Assembly (NCBI GenBank): GCA_021735045.1
Contig: JAIPHU010000002.1
Location: 10,120 to 74,119, forward strand
Source of the DNA: Candidatus Omnitrophota bacterium
Lineage (GTDB): Bacteria; Omnitrophota; Gorgyraeia; Duberdicusellales; 4484-171
Direction of reading: 5' to 3'
Length of the DNA: 64,000 nucleotides
Shown here: piece after piece, positions 56,368 through 64,000 of the stretch
How the letters are laid out: the number at the start of each line of letters is the position of its first letter
Numbering within the stretch: position 1 is the first letter of the stretch
The notes under the pieces: generated by a model
What the model was told of the DNA's origin: nothing
The model's database searches: none
What the model saw: the letters and a program-made list of their open reading frames with translations, nothing else
Made by a program: the position numbers and the translations under genes

Positions 56368-57560
56368 TGGGTCAAACCATTAAACCATTTAAGGCAACGC
56401 ACTACAATCCAAATTTATTTAACGATTTTTTAAAAATAGCTTGTCCTCCCTATGATGTGATTAACAGCAAGAGAGCTGCATTTTTAAAAAAACGCTCTCC
56501 TTATAACTATTGTCGAATTAGTCTTGCTGAAGGCAAAAATTATGATAAACCTGCTTGTAATTTGCAAAAGTGGCTTGACCGAAAAGTTCTAGTTGATGAT
56601 TCGAAAAGAAATTATTATCTGTATCAGCAAGAATTTGTAATAAGGAAAAAGAAAATTTTTCGTTATGGTGTTCTTTGCTTGCTTAATATGAAGAAAAAAG
56701 AAATTTTTCCCCACGAGCATACCTTAGATAAACCTAAAGAAGACCGTAAAAAGATGATAGCAAAACTTAAGGCAAATTTAAGCCCGGTTTTTGTGATTGC
56801 TGGCAATACAGACAGTTCTTTAGATGCTATAGCGAAAAAATATAGAAAAAAAGAGCCATTCATTAAATTTAAAGACGATGAAAATAATTTTAATTGTCTT
56901 TGGAAAATAAGTGAAAAAAAAGATATATCACAAATTTCATCTTCCTTAGAAGGTTCGTATCTGGTTATTGCTGATGGACACCATCGATTTGAAACTTCAT
57001 TTGATTATTTTCAAAAAAATAAGAATAAGTTTAAAGATCTTAACTATATTCTTGCTTATGTCACTATTCCACAACCGGGATTGGTGATACTGCCTACACA
57101 TCGAATCATTTCTTCAACTATAAAAAATCAGGATAATTTCAATAAATTAAAGGAGCTGTTTAAGGTAAAACTAATAGATAAAAAAAATCTGGAGAAAAAA
57201 TTAAATACTATCAAAAAATTTTGTTTTGGAATATATTGGAATAAGAAATATTATCTTGCAACCTTGCAAAATAATAACATTTTAGATACAATATCTCCAC
57301 CGATATATAAAAAATTAGATACTTATGTTTTTCATCAATCTGTTTTATCTAAGATATCTTACAATAAAATAAGTTATACTCATAGTATTGACCAAGCAGA
57401 GAAAAATACTAAAAGTAATCAGATGGCATTTTTATTAAAAGCAACGCCTTTAGATTCAGTTTTTGATATTGCAAAGGCTGGTTATAAGTTACCACAGAAA
57501 TCTACTTATTTTTATCCAAAAATATTTTCTGGTTTAGTCCTGCGGAGATTTAAGAAATGA
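56364..57560 (+). CDS. uncharacterised conserved protein (~400 aa; possibly DUF1015-type)
   Basis: No recognisable catalytic motif. 4-nt overlaps with both neighbouring genes. Confidence 0.5.
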   Translation: MMGQTIKPFKATHYNPNLFNDFLKIACPPYDVINSKRAAFLKKRSPYNYCRISLAEGKNYDKPACNLQKWLDRKVLVDDSKRNYYLYQQEFVIRKKKIFRYGVLCLLNMKKKEIFPHEHTLDKPKEDRKKMIAKLKANLSPVFVIAGNTDSSLDAIAKKYRKKEPFIKFKDDENNFNCLWKISEKKDISQISSSLEGSYLVIADGHHRFETSFDYFQKNKNKFKDLNYILAYVTIPQPGLVILPTHRIISSTIKNQDNFNKLKELFKVKLIDKKNLEKKLNTIKKFCFGIYWNKKYYLATLQNNNILDTISPPIYKKLDTYVFHQSVLSKISYNKISYTHSIDQAEKNTKSNQMAFLLKATPLDSVFDIAKAGYKLPQKSTYFYPKIFSGLVLRRFKK

Positions 57561-58387
57561 ATATTTTTAAAAAGACCTTTGGTTTTGGTAAGAAAAAAAG
57601 AGTGCCGGATGGGCTTTGGAGCAAATGCCCTAACTGTTCCCAACTTATCTTCAATAAGCTTTTAGATGAAAATCTAAAGGTTTGCCCTAAATGCAGTTAT
57701 CATTTTGTTTTAACTTGTCATCAAAGACTTAAGTTATTGGTAGACCAGGGGAGTTTTATAGAGTTTGACAAAGAAATGACCTCGGATGACCCGCTTAATT
57801 TTTCTGGCCCGAAAAGTTATAAAGATAAACTTAACCAAGCAAAAGAAAAGACAAAGTTAAAAGAAGCAGTTATTACTGGTACAGCTGAAATCAATAAAAG
57901 GTTAGTAGCTTTAGCGATTACTGATTCTCGTTTTATTATGGGGTCTATGGGCTCTGCCATGGGAGAAAAGATTACCCGGATGATTGAGCAGGCAATTTTA
58001 AAAAGATTGCCTGTGATTATTACATCTGGATCCGGTGGAGGCGCCAGGATGTATGAGGGGATGTTCTCGTTGATGCAGATGGCAAAAACAAGCGGAGCTT
58101 TATTAAAATTAAAAGAAGCCGGACTGCCTTATTTATCTATCTTGACTCATCCTACTATGGCAGGAGTTTTAGCTTCTTTTGCTGGGTTAGGTGATATAAC
58201 TATTGCAGAACCAGGAGCGCTTATCGGTTTTACTGGCCCTAGAGTAATAAAACAAACTATAAAGCAAGATCTTCCGGAGGGCTTTCAAACCTCTGAGTTT
58301 AATAAAGAACATGGTTTTATCGATTTGATAGTAGAGCGAAAAGAATTAAAAGAAAAAATTACAACTATTTTAGATTATTTAACTTGA
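57557..58387 (+). CDS. accD: acetyl-CoA carboxylase carboxyltransferase beta subunit
   Basis: N-terminal Zn ribbon CPNC...CPKC. Carboxyltransferase G-rich motif SGSGGGARM. Confidence 0.85.
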   Translation: MNIFKKTFGFGKKKRVPDGLWSKCPNCSQLIFNKLLDENLKVCPKCSYHFVLTCHQRLKLLVDQGSFIEFDKEMTSDDPLNFSGPKSYKDKLNQAKEKTKLKEAVITGTAEINKRLVALAITDSRFIMGSMGSAMGEKITRMIEQAILKRLPVIITSGSGGGARMYEGMFSLMQMAKTSGALLKLKEAGLPYLSILTHPTMAGVLASFAGLGDITIAEPGALIGFTGPRVIKQTIKQDLPEGFQTSEFNKEHGFIDLIVERKELKEKITTILDYLT

Positions 58388-58418
58388 CATAGATAGATTT
58401 ATATTTAAAATTTAAGCA

Positions 58419-59525
58419 ATGGCTGAAGTACGATTTAAAAACATAAACAAAGTATTTAATGCAGATATAACAGCAGTTTCGGGCCTAGACCTCGAAATAA
58501 AAGACAAAGAGTTTGTTGTCTTGCTTGGCCCTTCTGGCTGCGGTAAATCAACAAGCTTAAGGATGCTAGCTGGCTTAGAAACCCCTACCTCTGGCGATAT
58601 TTTTGTTGGTGAAAAAAAGGTCAATGATATGCCGGCTAAAGACAGAGATATCGCAATGGTCTTTCAGAATTATGCGCTTTATCCGCATATGGATATTTAT
58701 AACAATTTAGCTTTTGCTCTTAAGTTACGGCGCTATTCGCGTGATGAGATAAAAAAAAGGGTAAAAGAAGCCGCAGATATTTTAGGTATTGGCCATCTTC
58801 TTGACCGAAAGCCCAAAGAAATTTCTGGAGGTGAGAGGCAAAGAGTGGCTGTAGGTAGAGCCATTGTCAGAAAGCCTCAAGCATTTCTTTTTGATGAACC
58901 ACTTAGTAATTTGGATGCAAAGCTTCGTGTTCAGATGAGGACAGAGATTAAAAAACTCCATATAAAGATAAAATCTACAATGATCTATGTTACTCACGAT
59001 CAAACCGAGGCTATGACTTTAGGGGACAGAGTAGCAGTCATGAAAAATGGTAAACTTTTGCAAGTTGATACCCCTTTAGATGTCTATGATCAACCGGCTA
59101 ATAAATTTGTAGCTGGGTTTATTGGATCTCCACCCATGAATTTTGTAGAAGGAATTTTGCGAAAAAAAGATAGTTCGCTCTATTTCTTAGAAAAAGATGG
59201 ATTCCAGATAAAGGTTCCTGAACAGATGCAGCAAAGATTAGAAAATTATATTGAAAAAGAAGTTATTTTGGGGATTCGTCCCGAGAATTTATATGATAAA
59301 CTTTTTGCATCTTATGCAACAGTTGATAATACTATTGATGTTACCTGCGATGTGATAGAGACAATGGGTTCTCAAAATCACCTGTATCTTACAACTAAAA
59401 AACATACAATAATTGCTGTGGTCGATGCTTCTAACAAACCTGCTGTAGGTAGTAGGGTTGAAATAGTATTTGATACTAAAAAAATCCATTTTTTCGACCC
59501 GTCTACAGAAGATACCATTGTATAA
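58419..59525 (+). CDS. MalK/UgpC-type ABC transporter ATPase with C-terminal regulatory (TOBE-like) domain; no cognate permease adjacent
   Basis: Walker A GPSGCGKST, Q-loop, ABC signature ISGGERQRV and Walker B FLFDEPLSNLD. Confidence 0.85.
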   Translation: MAEVRFKNINKVFNADITAVSGLDLEIKDKEFVVLLGPSGCGKSTSLRMLAGLETPTSGDIFVGEKKVNDMPAKDRDIAMVFQNYALYPHMDIYNNLAFALKLRRYSRDEIKKRVKEAADILGIGHLLDRKPKEISGGERQRVAVGRAIVRKPQAFLFDEPLSNLDAKLRVQMRTEIKKLHIKIKSTMIYVTHDQTEAMTLGDRVAVMKNGKLLQVDTPLDVYDQPANKFVAGFIGSPPMNFVEGILRKKDSSLYFLEKDGFQIKVPEQMQQRLENYIEKEVILGIRPENLYDKLFASYATVDNTIDVTCDVIETMGSQNHLYLTTKKHTIIAVVDASNKPAVGSRVEIVFDTKKIHFFDPSTEDTIV

Positions 59526-60777
59526 TTTTTTTGTATATTCAATATTAAATTTCCTTATTATTTCTATCCTTACCCTTATATTTTTAGGTTTAATCTATCC
59601 CTTTTGGGGAATATTTTTCTTATTTATTACCTTAATTTCTTTTTTTGTATTTTATTTTTTTCACAGAAAGTTAATTAGTAAAAATATAAAAATTATTGAT
59701 GATTTAGAAGAAAAAATAAATATATTAGAAGATTCTTTAGCCAAGAAGCATAAAGTCCTAAAATACTTGCCTCTAAAGCAAGAAAAAACTTCTTTTTTAG
59801 TTAAGCTTTCTCAAGAGTTGATTGAACTAGACGATCCTCAAGATATTTTTAATTTTTTACTTGATGCCGTTAAAAAGTTATTTCCTGATTTTACTTTTGT
59901 TTCTTTGTATGAGTTTAACAAAGAAGATCACTCGCTTGAATTGGTTCAATCATTAAAGAAAAAAGAATTGGCGATTAAAGAAAAACAAGGTAGTGAGATT
60001 GAGCGATGGATGATGCGGCAAAATAGTTCTCTTTTAATTGACGATATAAGGAAAGACTTTAGGTTTGACTCTAGTCAGATAGATGGATTTCTTCAACGGG
60101 GATCATTGTCTTTTTTGGCTAGCCCGCTTTCGGTAAAAGGAGATTTTTTTGGAATTATTCGAATTGAAAATAAAGATTCTAATTTTTTTTCCTATGAGGA
60201 TCTAAGATCATTAAGTAATATCTGTGATTTGGGAGCTATTGTGCTCGAACGTGCAAGATTGATAAGAAGAGTTCAAGAGTTGGCCACAACTGACTCACTT
60301 ACTTCTTTATCTTTGCGGAATTATTTTTCCGAACAGGTAAAAGTCGAGTTAAACCGAGCCAAAAACTCTGGATCTAAAGCGGGGCTGATTATGTTTGATG
60401 TAGATGACTTTAAAAATGTAAATGATACACATGGGCATATGGTAGGCGACCTGGTTCTTAAAAAACTTGCAAAAATTTTAAAGAAGCTTGAGAAAAATCC
60501 TCAAACTACTGTTTGTCGTTATGGCGGAGAAGAGTTTATGGTATTAGTTGCTGATACCAACAAGGAAGAACTTTTAAAAATTGCTGAAGGTGTGCGGAGA
60601 GAAGCCTTTAATTCCGTAGTTTCTTATCGGAGGAATAAAGTTAATTTTACAATATCCGGGGGGATAGCTATCTATCCTGATGATGAAAATGATTTTGATA
60701 AAATATTTAATTTGGTTGATAAAACTATGTATCGGGCAAAAAAAGAGGGTAAAAACAAGATATGTTCTTTTTCCTAA
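59470..60777 (+). CDS. membrane-anchored GAF-GGDEF diguanylate cyclase (start uncertain; the annotated ATG overlaps the ABC gene by 56 nt)
   Basis: Two TM helices, a GAF-like region and an active-site RYGGEEF motif. Confidence 0.8.
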   Translation: MILKKSIFSTRLQKIPLYNFFVYSILNFLIISILTLIFLGLIYPFWGIFFLFITLISFFVFYFFHRKLISKNIKIIDDLEEKINILEDSLAKKHKVLKYLPLKQEKTSFLVKLSQELIELDDPQDIFNFLLDAVKKLFPDFTFVSLYEFNKEDHSLELVQSLKKKELAIKEKQGSEIERWMMRQNSSLLIDDIRKDFRFDSSQIDGFLQRGSLSFLASPLSVKGDFFGIIRIENKDSNFFSYEDLRSLSNICDLGAIVLERARLIRRVQELATTDSLTSLSLRNYFSEQVKVELNRAKNSGSKAGLIMFDVDDFKNVNDTHGHMVGDLVLKKLAKILKKLEKNPQTTVCRYGGEEFMVLVADTNKEELLKIAEGVRREAFNSVVSYRRNKVNFTISGGIAIYPDDENDFDKIFNLVDKTMYRAKKEGKNKICSFS

Positions 60778-61724
60778 TTTTAGTTATACTGCTAGGGGTA
60801 TTTTTCTGGATGTTGATCAAGGAATATCAACTTGAAAAAAAACAATTTAAATCGAGTAAAAAAGAGCTAATTGAAAAAGTTGAAAAATTAGAAAAAGGAG
60901 AAGGCGAATTAAAGAAAAAAATTAAAGATTTTGATAAAAAAACTTCTCAGCTTTTTGCATTTTATGATACGGCTCGATTAGTTTCTTCTCTTGTTGATAA
61001 AAAAGAATTAGAATCTGCTTTTATTGATAAGTTAAGTTCTTTAGAAGGTATAGACAAGATAAGTTTATCCAAACTTGAAGGGCCAAACTGTCACCGGTTT
61101 AAGATTAACCAAGATAACAATTACCTGTATTTGGATACTCAATCACCCAATATCTTTGGCCTTTTCCCGCTTTTTGCAAAACTATTTACTGTATCCTTAG
61201 AAAGGTTAGAACTTTATAACCGCCTTCAGGAGTTATCAATACGTGATTATCTTACTGGTGTTTATAATCGCCGTTTTTTTAATCAGAGAGTAGAAGAAGA
61301 ATTTTTGCGATCAAAAAAATTAAAAAATAAACTGTCTTTTCTAATGATTGACATAGATGATTTTAAAAAAATAAATGATACCTATGGCCATTTAGTAGGT
61401 GATGCTGTTTTAGAAAGGTGTAGTGCTTTGATCTCTGAAGGTGTACGCCAAATTGATTTTGTGGGACGACTCGGCGGGGAAGAGTTTGGTGTATTGCTGA
61501 CTGATACTGACAAAGCGGGTGCGATTATGGTTTCTGAAAGAATATGCTCTCGAATCTCTCAAGAAAAAATAAAAGTGTTTGATGAAAGTTTAAATATGAC
61601 TGTGAGCATAGGCGTAGCTACATATCCTTCAAACACAATTTATATGGATTTATTTACTGAAATTGCCGATAAAGCACTTTACCGGGCTAAAGCCGCTGGC
61701 AAAGATAGAGTTTCTTGGTTCTAA
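60762..61724 (+). CDS. membrane-anchored GGDEF diguanylate cyclase
   Basis: TM helix, coiled coil and active-site RLGGEEF motif. 16-nt overlap with the previous GGDEF gene. Confidence 0.8.
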   Translation: MFFFLILVILLGVFFWMLIKEYQLEKKQFKSSKKELIEKVEKLEKGEGELKKKIKDFDKKTSQLFAFYDTARLVSSLVDKKELESAFIDKLSSLEGIDKISLSKLEGPNCHRFKINQDNNYLYLDTQSPNIFGLFPLFAKLFTVSLERLELYNRLQELSIRDYLTGVYNRRFFNQRVEEEFLRSKKLKNKLSFLMIDIDDFKKINDTYGHLVGDAVLERCSALISEGVRQIDFVGRLGGEEFGVLLTDTDKAGAIMVSERICSRISQEKIKVFDESLNMTVSIGVATYPSNTIYMDLFTEIADKALYRAKAAGKDRVSWF

Positions 61725-61864
61725 TAAAGTCAATAGTCCAGAGTCAATAGATCATAGAATCAGTTTTTGCAACAAGCAGAAAGAAGTGGCTGAGATAAAT
61801 ATTGCAAAATAAAGATAATTATGGATAATGTAGCTTTTATTTTTAAAAAAGGAGTTGGGGTTGC

Positions 61865-63295
61865 ATGGAAAATTTAGAAAGATATTTATTAGAAGCAGCT
61901 GGAAAAGCCAGGGATGAAATTTCGAGTGAAAATCCTTATCGAGAAATAGCTTTTGACGGTGAAAGTCCACGCTTAGGCTGGGTTGAGCCGGTTAATTTTG
62001 GCAAGATTAAATCTCTGCTTGAATCGATTTTGCCGCTTGTTTCTGAAAAAGAAAATTTTATCTTTATTGGCATGGGGGGCTCAATTAACGGAATAAAACC
62101 TCTTTTGTCTGTATTTAAACAAACTAATTTTTTCACTTTAGACAATCTAGATCCAAAAGCGATAAATGATATTTTATCTCAAATTAATAATCCATCTAAA
62201 ACTTTAGTAGTTGCGATTTCAAAGTCAGGTACTACTCCTGAAACTCAGTTGTTAGCCCAGACAGTAAAAAGCTATTTTACTGATCAGTTAGGTTTAGATA
62301 AATGGTCTCAGAATTTTCTTTGGTTAACAGATCCAGAATCATTTGAAAAGCTGAATCGATTCGGTTGGTCTGGTGTAGAAAAGATGCCGATTCAACCGAA
62401 TCAATGCTCTGATATTGGAGGCCGTTTTTCTTCGCCGTTTACGCACATTTTTATCTTACCTTTATTTCTTCTTCTAAACCAAGATTTCAATAAACTCGAG
62501 GAACTTTATTCTCAGTTTATTAATAGTAAAGATAAAATTAGAAAAAGTGCTTATAAAACCATGTTGTCGTTGGGCAGAGATTATGATTTTAATTTTTCTC
62601 CTACTCTTAAAGGAAAATGGGTAAAAAGTTTTATTCCTTGGATAGCACAGTTGTTTCAAGAGTCGTTGGGTTCTAAAAATTTAGAAAAGTCGGTAAAAAC
62701 AATTGTTAATTTTTCTGGGCCTGGTTTTATCAACTTAGAGGCAGATTTCGGTTTTAGTCAACCAGTTTTATCAATTATGGCTCAGATGTATTTTTACCAA
62801 CTTTTTATTGCTTATCTGTCTGGTAGATGGGATATTAACTTTGTAAGTCAAGAATTTGTGGAAAAATATAAGAAAAAAATGCGTTTACTTGAAGAAAAAA
62901 ACGAAACCATGACTGATTTAGCAGAAGGTAATCTAGACGGTTTGATTGCCCAGATTGGTAAAAAAATAAAAAATAGACAGCGTTTTATAGAACTAGTTTT
63001 TTATTTTGTTCCAGATCAAGAATTTAGTTTATCGGTTCAGAGAGGGCTTGAGAGGAAATTTAGCCAAAAAATAGTTCTTACTTTTGTGGGAAGTGACTGG
63101 AACCATCAATGTTATCAAGCTGCTTTTGCTGATAAAAATACTTTTTATGGTTTAATTTGCCTTTCGTCCTACGATCATACTGATTTTGCCTCAAGAGATA
63201 AGATTGATAAAAACGTAAAAACCTTAAGACATATTGCTTTAGCTACATATCAGACATTATCTGATAAGGCCGTTTTATATAATTTTAATAGATAA
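61865..63295 (+). CDS. pgi: glucose-6-phosphate isomerase (SIS-domain PGI)
   Basis: FIGMGGSINGIKPLL and ISKSGTTPETQ resemble the two PGI signature motifs. Somewhat short for a PGI at 476 aa. Confidence 0.55.
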   Translation: MENLERYLLEAAGKARDEISSENPYREIAFDGESPRLGWVEPVNFGKIKSLLESILPLVSEKENFIFIGMGGSINGIKPLLSVFKQTNFFTLDNLDPKAINDILSQINNPSKTLVVAISKSGTTPETQLLAQTVKSYFTDQLGLDKWSQNFLWLTDPESFEKLNRFGWSGVEKMPIQPNQCSDIGGRFSSPFTHIFILPLFLLLNQDFNKLEELYSQFINSKDKIRKSAYKTMLSLGRDYDFNFSPTLKGKWVKSFIPWIAQLFQESLGSKNLEKSVKTIVNFSGPGFINLEADFGFSQPVLSIMAQMYFYQLFIAYLSGRWDINFVSQEFVEKYKKKMRLLEEKNETMTDLAEGNLDGLIAQIGKKIKNRQRFIELVFYFVPDQEFSLSVQRGLERKFSQKIVLTFVGSDWNHQCYQAAFADKNTFYGLICLSSYDHTDFASRDKIDKNVKTLRHIALATYQTLSDKAVLYNFNR

Positions 63296-63313
63296 TTCTT
63301 AGAGGAGGATTAA

Positions 63314-64000
63314 ATGCATAAAATAGTTAAAAATCTAAGAGAGCAAGCCAAAAAAAATCCGCGAAAAATTGTTTTTCCGGAAGCAAATGATGAAAGGATT
63401 ATTGAAGCGGTTGAATATATCAACAAAGAAAAGATAGCTAATGCCTTATTGCTTACTCACGATAATTTAGAAGTTGAAAAACAAGAAAAATATGCAAATA
63501 TTTTCCACGAAAGGAAGAAGGTGAAGGGAATTAGCTTTGAAGAGGCAAGGGAGCTGATGGAGAATCCCTTATACTATGGGGCAATGATGGTAAAGTACGA
63601 TGGTGTAGATGGGTTTGTGGCTGGGGCAAGGTATACTACCTCTTCTGTGATCAAGGCCGCTCTTAACTGTCTTGATCTAGATAAAACTGTTGGGACTATA
63701 TCAAGTTGTTTTATTATTGATGTTCCCAATTGTTTATATGGAGAGGGAGGAACTTTTATCTATGCCGATTGCGGAGTAATACCTTATCCTAGTAGTGAAC
63801 AACTTGCTAATATTTCTATATCTAGTGCGCGCTTTGCCAAAGAAGTTTTGAAAATTATTCCCCGGGTAGCTTTGCTGAGCTTTTCGACCAAAGGGAGTGC
63901 AAAGGGCAGATGGGTTGATAAAATGAAAGATGCAGTAGAAATTGCCAAATCAAAAAATAGCGGTTTTATGATTGACGGTGAGCTTCAGGGAGATAGCGCT
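63314..64000 (+). CDS. pta: phosphate acetyltransferase, 3'-truncated by window edge
   Basis: RBS agaggagg. KIVFPEANDERIIEA Pta N-terminus. ORF remains open to nt 64000. Confidence 0.8.
   Translation, partial: MHKIVKNLREQAKKNPRKIVFPEANDERIIEAVEYINKEKIANALLLTHDNLEVEKQEKYANIFHERKKVKGISFEEARELMENPLYYGAMMVKYDGVDGFVAGARYTTSSVIKAALNCLDLDKTVGTISSCFIIDVPNCLYGEGGTFIYADCGVIPYPSSEQLANISISSARFAKEVLKIIPRVALLSFSTKGSAKGRWVDKMKDAVEIAKSKNSGFMIDGELQGDSA

Overview
64 kb of a low-GC (about one-third G+C), almost entirely plus-strand-coded bacterial chromosome. The gene content points to an anaerobic, diderm organism: an outer-membrane beta-barrel protein, desulfoferrodoxin, hemerythrin, a DhnA-type class I aldolase, RtcB and a PolX-PHP polymerase are all present. 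I found no rRNA, tRNA, CRISPR array, transposase or integrase.

Main blocks, in order:
(i) A c-di-GMP/two-component signalling region wrapped around an exopolysaccharide operon. It runs from a PilZ protein through two small proteins and a CheY-like regulator, an EF-G gene, a TPR/beta-barrel porin, a BcsA-like GT2 synthase with a C-terminal PilZ domain, and a GH26-like hydrolase. A second copy of the two small proteins follows, then a large GAF/PAS histidine kinase and a second CheY-like regulator.
(ii) An RRM RNA-binding protein, a membrane protein and a carotenoid/isoprenoid cluster (crtI-like, ispH, crtB/squalene-synthase-like, two ~100-aa membrane proteins at the position of CrtYc/CrtYd (my inference from context, not seen in the sequence), GGPP synthase).
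(iii) sufCB, fbaB, a ferredoxin, a REC-AraC/PAS-kinase pair and PolX.
(iv) An oxidative-stress island: glutaredoxin-like, TrxR-like, hemerythrin, nicotinamidase and superoxide reductase.
(v) A tandem HD-domain protein, a convergent PilZ gene, RtcB, a YHS-permease fusion, a YihY-family protein, a lysine-rich histone-like protein, and a B12-radical-SAM protein with a GT4 glycosyltransferase.
(vi) An FKBP isomerase, ArsC, a MiaB-like enzyme with unusual GC-rich in-frame insertions and no TRAM domain, a SPOR/TPR protein, MiaA and HflX.
(vii) A large heat-shock supercluster: HspR-like MerR regulator, Hsp20, ClpB, HPF, then hrcA-grpE-dnaK, then dnaJ. Two canonical CIRCE operators sit upstream of hsp20 and hrcA.
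(viii) A zinc-ribbon protein, an uncharacterised protein and AccD, all translationally coupled; an orphan MalK-like ABC ATPase; two tandem GAF-GGDEF diguanylate cyclases; glucose-6-phosphate isomerase; and a 3'-truncated pta.

The most unusual observations are these:
- A duplicated PilZ / small-protein pair / REC module flanks a minimal synthase-dependent exopolysaccharide operon.
- (AACCAATT)n tandem-repeat leaders run straight into start codons that have no Shine-Dalgarno sequence.
- A roughly 45-nt dnaK RBS cassette is duplicated upstream of a small ORF and the ferredoxin gene.
- Inverted heptamer repeat arrays bracket the dnaJ start.
- The MiaB-like gene carries CGAAGG-repeat insertions.

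All functional calls rest on motif recognition by eye, with no database searches, so family assignments are tentative where the confidence is below about 0.7.
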